The position numbers were made by a program, and so were the translations under genes. A stretch of DNA of 32,000 nt, from contig OW818675.1 in assembly GCA_942493095.1 (NCBI GenBank), positions 420,001 through 452,000 of the forward strand, read 5' to 3'. Positions 27,505 to 32,000 of this stretch are shown piece after piece. Every line of letters starts with the position of its first letter. The first letter of the stretch is position 1. The notes under the pieces are model-generated. The model saw nothing but the letters and a program-made list of their open reading frames with translations. It ran no database searches and had not been told where the DNA came from. The stretch is from Candidatus Electronema halotolerans (GTDB lineage Bacteria; Desulfobacterota; Desulfobulbia; Desulfobulbales; Desulfobulbaceae).

Positions 27505-28157
27505 TTTTGCATCGGCAAATCCAGAAAATAAAAAGACGGCTGCTTGCCATCGGCGCAATCGTTGAGGAGCAGGTTGATCTGGCTGTCAAAAGCATAGTCA
27601 GCCGCGACAAGACACTGGCTCAGAAGGTCATCAGCCGCGATGTGGAGATCGACCTGATGGAGGTTGATCTGGAAGAGGAATGCTTGAATGTGCTGGCCCT
27701 GCATCAGCCAATGGCGGTCGATCTGCGCATCGTCATCGCAGTGCTCAAGATCAACAACGATCTGGAGCGGATCGGCGATCTGGCTGTCGATGCCACAGAA
27801 CGGGCTGTGGTCCTGATCGAGCAGGAGCCGGTCGAATTTCCTTTCGATTTTGACCTGATGTCCAAAGCGGTGCAGAAGATGCTCCGTGACTGCTTGGACG
27901 CGCTGATCAACTTGGACATGGACTTGGCTGTCAAGGTGTGCAGTTCCGATGATGCGGTGGATGCCATGCACGCCTCGGTCTTCAGCAAGGTGGCTCAAGA
28001 AGTGGTCCGGCAGCCTGAGCATGTTGACCAGCTCCTGACCTATCTGAGCGTGTCCCGCTATCTGGAGCGGATCGCTGACCACACCACCAATATTGCCGAA
28101 GATGTCATCTATTTGGTCAAAGGCAATATTGTCCGCCATCAGGACGAAATCATCTGA
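27501..28157 (+). CDS. phoU: Phosphate signalling protein PhoU
   Basis: HQPMAVDLRIVIAVLKINNDLERIGDLAVDATERA...YLERIADHTTNIAEDVIYLVKG. Confidence 0.95.
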   Translation: MILHRQIQKIKRRLLAIGAIVEEQVDLAVKSIVSRDKTLAQKVISRDVEIDLMEVDLEEECLNVLALHQPMAVDLRIVIAVLKINNDLERIGDLAVDATERAVVLIEQEPVEFPFDFDLMSKAVQKMLRDCLDALINLDMDLAVKVCSSDDAVDAMHASVFSKVAQEVVRQPEHVDQLLTYLSVSRYLERIADHTTNIAEDVIYLVKGNIVRHQDEII

Positions 28158-28452
28158 ACCTGCTTACCGGCGTTCATTCATACCGGAATGAACGCCGTTT
28201 CCACGCCTCCCTCCATATCATGTTCTGCTGCAATAGGAGTTACGCAGTTGACTTTATAACTCATTGATTTTATTCAACTGGCAGGTTATGCAGCCAAAGG
28301 TCAACTTGCTGTGATGATTGAATTTCTGTTTTAAACTGCGTAGGTGCTGATAAAGTCATGCGTTTGCCCTGCTTGGGCACCCCAGCCCTGCCAACGCCAA
28401 AACATTTCCTTCAACCTGCCTGGAGCACCGCTTCAGGGCATCTTGCAGCATT

Positions 28453-31107
28453 ATGGAAGTTATCTGCATTATTGCTGGCGGCATTCTTGGCACATGGATG
28501 CTGCTTGGCTGGCTGCTGGCCCGAAGCAGCCGCCAGAGCCACAGGCTGACCCGCTTGGAGCAGCGGCTCCGGGAGATGGAACAGGTGCTGTTCGAGGAGG
28601 AGGCAGAGCAGGAGCCGGTCAAGGCTGAGAAGCCGCTGGCAGCTCCTTCTCCTGTCTTCAGGAAGACCGAGCCGGAACAGGAGCCAGTGCTTCCTGTTCA
28701 AGAAGCGATTGCTCCCATCCCTAAACCTCCTCCAGCAGCGGCGAAACCCACCGAAGTAAAACTCCCTGTCCCGCCTTCCTTTGATGAGCGAATCACCGCC
28801 AAGGTAAAAGCCTTTTTCACGGAAGGCAATGTTGTTCTCCGCGTCGGCCTGCTGGTGCTCTTCTTTGGCGTGGCTTTTCTCCTCAAATATGCTGCTGACC
28901 GGGGCGTGCTCCCAATTGAGCTGCGCCTGCTCGGTGTGGCACTGGGAGGCATGGCCCTGCTCGGCTTTGGCTGGCAGCAGCGCACGAGCAAGCCCGGTTT
29001 TGCCCTGCTCGCTCAAGGCGGCGGCATTGGCATCATCTATCTGACCGTCTTTGCCGCCTTCAAGATTTACGAGCTGCTGCCCTCGCCATTAACCTTTGTC
29101 CTGATGCTGGGACTGGTCGCCGCCTCCACTGCTCTTGCCCTGCTCCAAGATTCCAGCCCGATGGCCCTGTTCGGCGCGGCAGGCGGCTTTCTCGCCCCAG
29201 TGCTGCTCTCTGACGGCAGCGGCAATCATGTCGCCCTGTTCAGCTACTATGCCCTGCTCAACTCCGGCATTCTTGCGGTCTCGTGGTTCCGGGCCTGGCG
29301 CAGCCTGAACCTGCTCGGCTTCATCTTCACCCTTGGCATTGGCGCGGCCTGGGGCCTGCACAGCTACCAGCCCCAGCATTTCGCCACTGCCGAGCCGTTC
29401 CTGATTCTCTTCTTTCTGATGTTCAACGCCATTGGCGTGCTCTTCGCCTTCCGCCAGCCGCCCAATCTGCGCGGCTATGTTGACGGCACCCTGATTTTCG
29501 GCACGCCGGTGATCTGCTTCTCCCTCCAAGCCGGGATGGTGCATGACATGCCGCATGGCCTCGCCTTCAGCGCGCTGGCCATGAGCATCTTTTACATCGT
29601 GCTGGCCAGATGGCTGTGGAACCAAGGCAACGAGCGGCTGCGGCAAGGGATGCGCACCCTGACCGAAGCCTTTCTCGCCCTTGGCGTGGTCTTTGTCACC
29701 TTGGCCGTGCCGCTGGCCCTGAGCGGACGCTGGACTGCCGTGACCTGGGCAATGGAGGGCGCGGCCTTGGTCTGGGTCGGCATCAGGCAGCACCGCTTTC
29801 TCGCCCGCAGCAGCGGCTTCCTGCTTCAGTTCGGCGCAGGCCTTTTCTTCCTTGCCGGTCATCATTATCGGCTTGACCGGAGCATGGCCCTGCTCAACGG
29901 CCAATATCTCGGCGCAGCGATCATCGCCCTGTCCGCCTTCTTTGCCTCATGGCAGCTCTACAAGGCTGACAATCTGCGCCCCTGCGAACGATGGAACCAT
30001 CTGCCGCTCTTCTTCTGGGCCTGCCTCTGGTGGTTCTGCGCGGGCTTCAATGAGATTGACCGCCACGTGGACTTCCACGTTGTCAGGACGGCCAACCTTG
30101 TCTTCACCGCCCTGAGCTGCGCAGTTCTCATCCGGCTGGCGGCACGGTTGCACTGGAAGAGCGCAGCTTGGCCGAGTCTGGCCCTGCCCGTGTTCATGGC
30201 ATTCATGGCCCTTGCCATGCTCTTCTGGAGCGGACGGCTGCTGACCAACTTAGGCTGGCTGGCCTGGCCGCTGGTATTCGTGCTTCTCCATGACTGCCTG
30301 CGGCAGGGACGCGGTCTGCTCCGGCCACACTGCCTGACCATCAACCACGTCATCGGCTTCCTCCTCCTGACCTTCATGCTGGCCTCAGAAAGCGGCTGGC
30401 TGATGCGGCAGCTGGCTGGCCACAAAGGGGTGTGGAACTTGATTGTCTGGGGCCTGATCCCGGCTGGCATGATTTTGCTGGTTCACAGCCGCCGCCTGCA
30501 AGACTTCTGGCCGCTGTCAGACTATCCTGCTGCTTATCAAAAAACCGCCTCAGCCATTCTCTCCGCCCAGCTCTGCCTCTGGCTGCTGGCAGGCAGCTTT
30601 GGCAGCGCAGGCAATGCCGCGCCATTGCCCTACATTCCCCTGCTCAATCCGCTCGAACTGAGCCAGATGGCAGTAGTCCTCGTGTGTGGCTGGTGGCTGC
30701 TCCGTCACCGTGATTATGCCGCCTTGCTGCCTAAGCCGCTGCCAATCGCCGCAGGCATCAGCTTCATCTGGCTCAACACAGTCTTGGCCCGCACTGTCCA
30801 TCATTGGGCCGGAGTCTCCTTCCGTCTGGAGCCGATGCTCTCCTCCCGCATCTACCAGACTTCGCTGGCCATCCTCTGGGCTTTGCTCTCGCTGGCCCTG
30901 ATGGTGGCTGCCGACCGCAGGCAAAGCCGCAAGGTCTGGTTCGCAGGCTGCGCCCTGATCGGGGCCACGGTGCTCAAGCTCTTCCTGATTGATCTGGCCA
31001 AGAGCGGCACCGTCGAGCGGATCGTCTCCTTCATCTCAGTCGGCCTTTTGGTGATTGTGATTAGCTGGTTCTCGCCCCTGCCGCCCAAAAAGGAGGAAGC
31101 TGAATGA
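28453..31107 (+). CDS. DUF2339-like multi-transmembrane protein
   Basis: FFTEGNVVLRVGLLVLFFGVAFLLKYAADRGVLPIELRLLGVALGGMALLGFGW and many hydrophobic segments. Confidence 0.85.
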   Translation: MEVICIIAGGILGTWMLLGWLLARSSRQSHRLTRLEQRLREMEQVLFEEEAEQEPVKAEKPLAAPSPVFRKTEPEQEPVLPVQEAIAPIPKPPPAAAKPTEVKLPVPPSFDERITAKVKAFFTEGNVVLRVGLLVLFFGVAFLLKYAADRGVLPIELRLLGVALGGMALLGFGWQQRTSKPGFALLAQGGGIGIIYLTVFAAFKIYELLPSPLTFVLMLGLVAASTALALLQDSSPMALFGAAGGFLAPVLLSDGSGNHVALFSYYALLNSGILAVSWFRAWRSLNLLGFIFTLGIGAAWGLHSYQPQHFATAEPFLILFFLMFNAIGVLFAFRQPPNLRGYVDGTLIFGTPVICFSLQAGMVHDMPHGLAFSALAMSIFYIVLARWLWNQGNERLRQGMRTLTEAFLALGVVFVTLAVPLALSGRWTAVTWAMEGAALVWVGIRQHRFLARSSGFLLQFGAGLFFLAGHHYRLDRSMALLNGQYLGAAIIALSAFFASWQLYKADNLRPCERWNHLPLFFWACLWWFCAGFNEIDRHVDFHVVRTANLVFTALSCAVLIRLAARLHWKSAAWPSLALPVFMAFMALAMLFWSGRLLTNLGWLAWPLVFVLLHDCLRQGRGLLRPHCLTINHVIGFLLLTFMLASESGWLMRQLAGHKGVWNLIVWGLIPAGMILLVHSRRLQDFWPLSDYPAAYQKTASAILSAQLCLWLLAGSFGSAGNAAPLPYIPLLNPLELSQMAVVLVCGWWLLRHRDYAALLPKPLPIAAGISFIWLNTVLARTVHHWAGVSFRLEPMLSSRIYQTSLAILWALLSLALMVAADRRQSRKVWFAGCALIGATVLKLFLIDLAKSGTVERIVSFISVGLLVIVISWFSPLPPKKEEAE

Positions 31108-32000
31108 AACGTCTGCTCGTTCTGTGCCTGCTGCTCATCGCCGCTCCCTGTCTTGCTGCTGATCAGCCCCTGCACCGCGAGGATTTTGCCTACAGCATGG
31201 ACCTGACGGTCAGCGGCAGAAGCGCGATCTACAGCCTGACCCTTCCAGCCGAAATTTACAAAGGCTGCACCCGCTCTGACCTTGGCGACCTGCGGGTCTT
31301 CAATGCGCACGGCCCAGTGCCGCATCTCCTGCGTCAGCCGCAAGCAAAGCAGACAGAGCAGCCTGCGCAGACCCTGCCGTTCTTCCCGCTTGCTGAATCG
31401 ACGAACACGGGCAGCAAGCCTGCCGACCTTGGCATTGCCATCGGCGGAAATGGCGCGATTATCACCTTTTCGACAGGAGGGGCAGAGCAAAAGGCGCACG
31501 CTGTGAGCACCTATCTGCTCGATGCGTCCGCCTTGGAGCACAGCCCGGACTGGCTCGAATTTGCTTGGACAGGCGGCCAGTTCTCAGCCTCGGTGCGGCT
31601 TGAGAGCAGTGATGATTTGAACAGCTGGCGGCGGCTGGTTTCTTCAGCAGCCTTGGCGGAACTGCGCTTTGGCGGCCATGATCTGCTGCGCCAGCGGATT
31701 GACCTTGGCCAAAGAACGGCGGGCAAATACCTGCGCCTCTCCTGGCCGCAGGGCAAGGACGGCATCCGCCTGACTGCGGTCAAAGCTGGGTATGCCAATG
31801 AAATCCAGAGCCAGCCCCGCGCTCTGCTGACCTTGCTCGGTCAGCCTGATTCGGCAGCAAAGCCGGGCCGAGCTGCTTGGCTCTATGAGACTGAAGGTGT
31901 CTTTCCGGCAGATCAGCTCAATATCCGCCTGCCGGAGCAGAATGCGCTGGCTGAGTTTGCCGTCTTTTCACGGGTGGATGAGCAGGCGGCATGGCGGCGC
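31104..32000 (+). CDS. DUF3999-like secreted/membrane protein (3' end outside the window)
   Basis: MKRLLVLCLLLIAAPCLAADQPLHREDFAYSMDLTVSGRSAIYSLTLPAEIYKGC...; start overlaps the stop of the DUF2339-like gene. Confidence 0.75.
   Translation, partial: MKRLLVLCLLLIAAPCLAADQPLHREDFAYSMDLTVSGRSAIYSLTLPAEIYKGCTRSDLGDLRVFNAHGPVPHLLRQPQAKQTEQPAQTLPFFPLAESTNTGSKPADLGIAIGGNGAIITFSTGGAEQKAHAVSTYLLDASALEHSPDWLEFAWTGGQFSASVRLESSDDLNSWRRLVSSAALAELRFGGHDLLRQRIDLGQRTAGKYLRLSWPQGKDGIRLTAVKAGYANEIQSQPRALLTLLGQPDSAAKPGRAAWLYETEGVFPADQLNIRLPEQNALAEFAVFSRVDEQAAWRR

Noticed and set aside
27264-28139. 291-aa minus-strand ORF
   Set aside because: Antisense to arsC and phoU, both of which are clearly recognised.

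Overview
The window carries a plausible but decayed and rearranged type III CRISPR-Cas locus (about 8.73-20.9 kb, possibly to 22.5 kb) between ordinary chromosomal genes. Left flank: end of a recD-like helicase, an antitoxin with a frameshifted PIN toxin, pgm, a leucine-rich-repeat/DUF1566-like protein, a Tat-signal protein, glgX and a ferritin-like protein. CRISPR island: cas6; four short arrays sharing one 36-nt repeat (GTCACAATGACACTCCGGGGYGCCCTGGGTTATGAC); an antitoxin/PIN pair; and an operon of two RAMP genes, a Cas10-like large subunit, a Cmr4-like gene, a small-subunit-like gene and a Cas5/Cmr3-like RAMP. Right flank: a predicted C-terminally membrane-anchored protein, recC, a pstA remnant, pstB, arsC, phoU, and DUF2339- and DUF3999-like genes. 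Main observations: (1) the cas10-like gene is split by an IS1-like element (13460-14641) with an 8-bp target duplication (ATAATTTT) and imperfect terminal inverted repeats, and removing the element plus one duplication restores an in-frame ORF of about 1010 aa; (2) its expected GGDD cyclase motif appears to be replaced by APQD while an HD-type motif remains; (3) two array leaders are 88/89-identical inverted copies about 11 kb apart, facing inward; (4) a second leader type is a direct repeat flanking cas6, array 1 and the toxin-antitoxin pair; (5) a decayed second copy of the cas6 start lies near 20.2 kb; (6) the antitoxin start codon lies in a degenerate terminal CRISPR repeat; (7) the small-subunit-like gene contains an in-frame 219-bp tandem duplication. 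No cas1/cas2 is visible. All family assignments come from reading the sequence; no database search was run.
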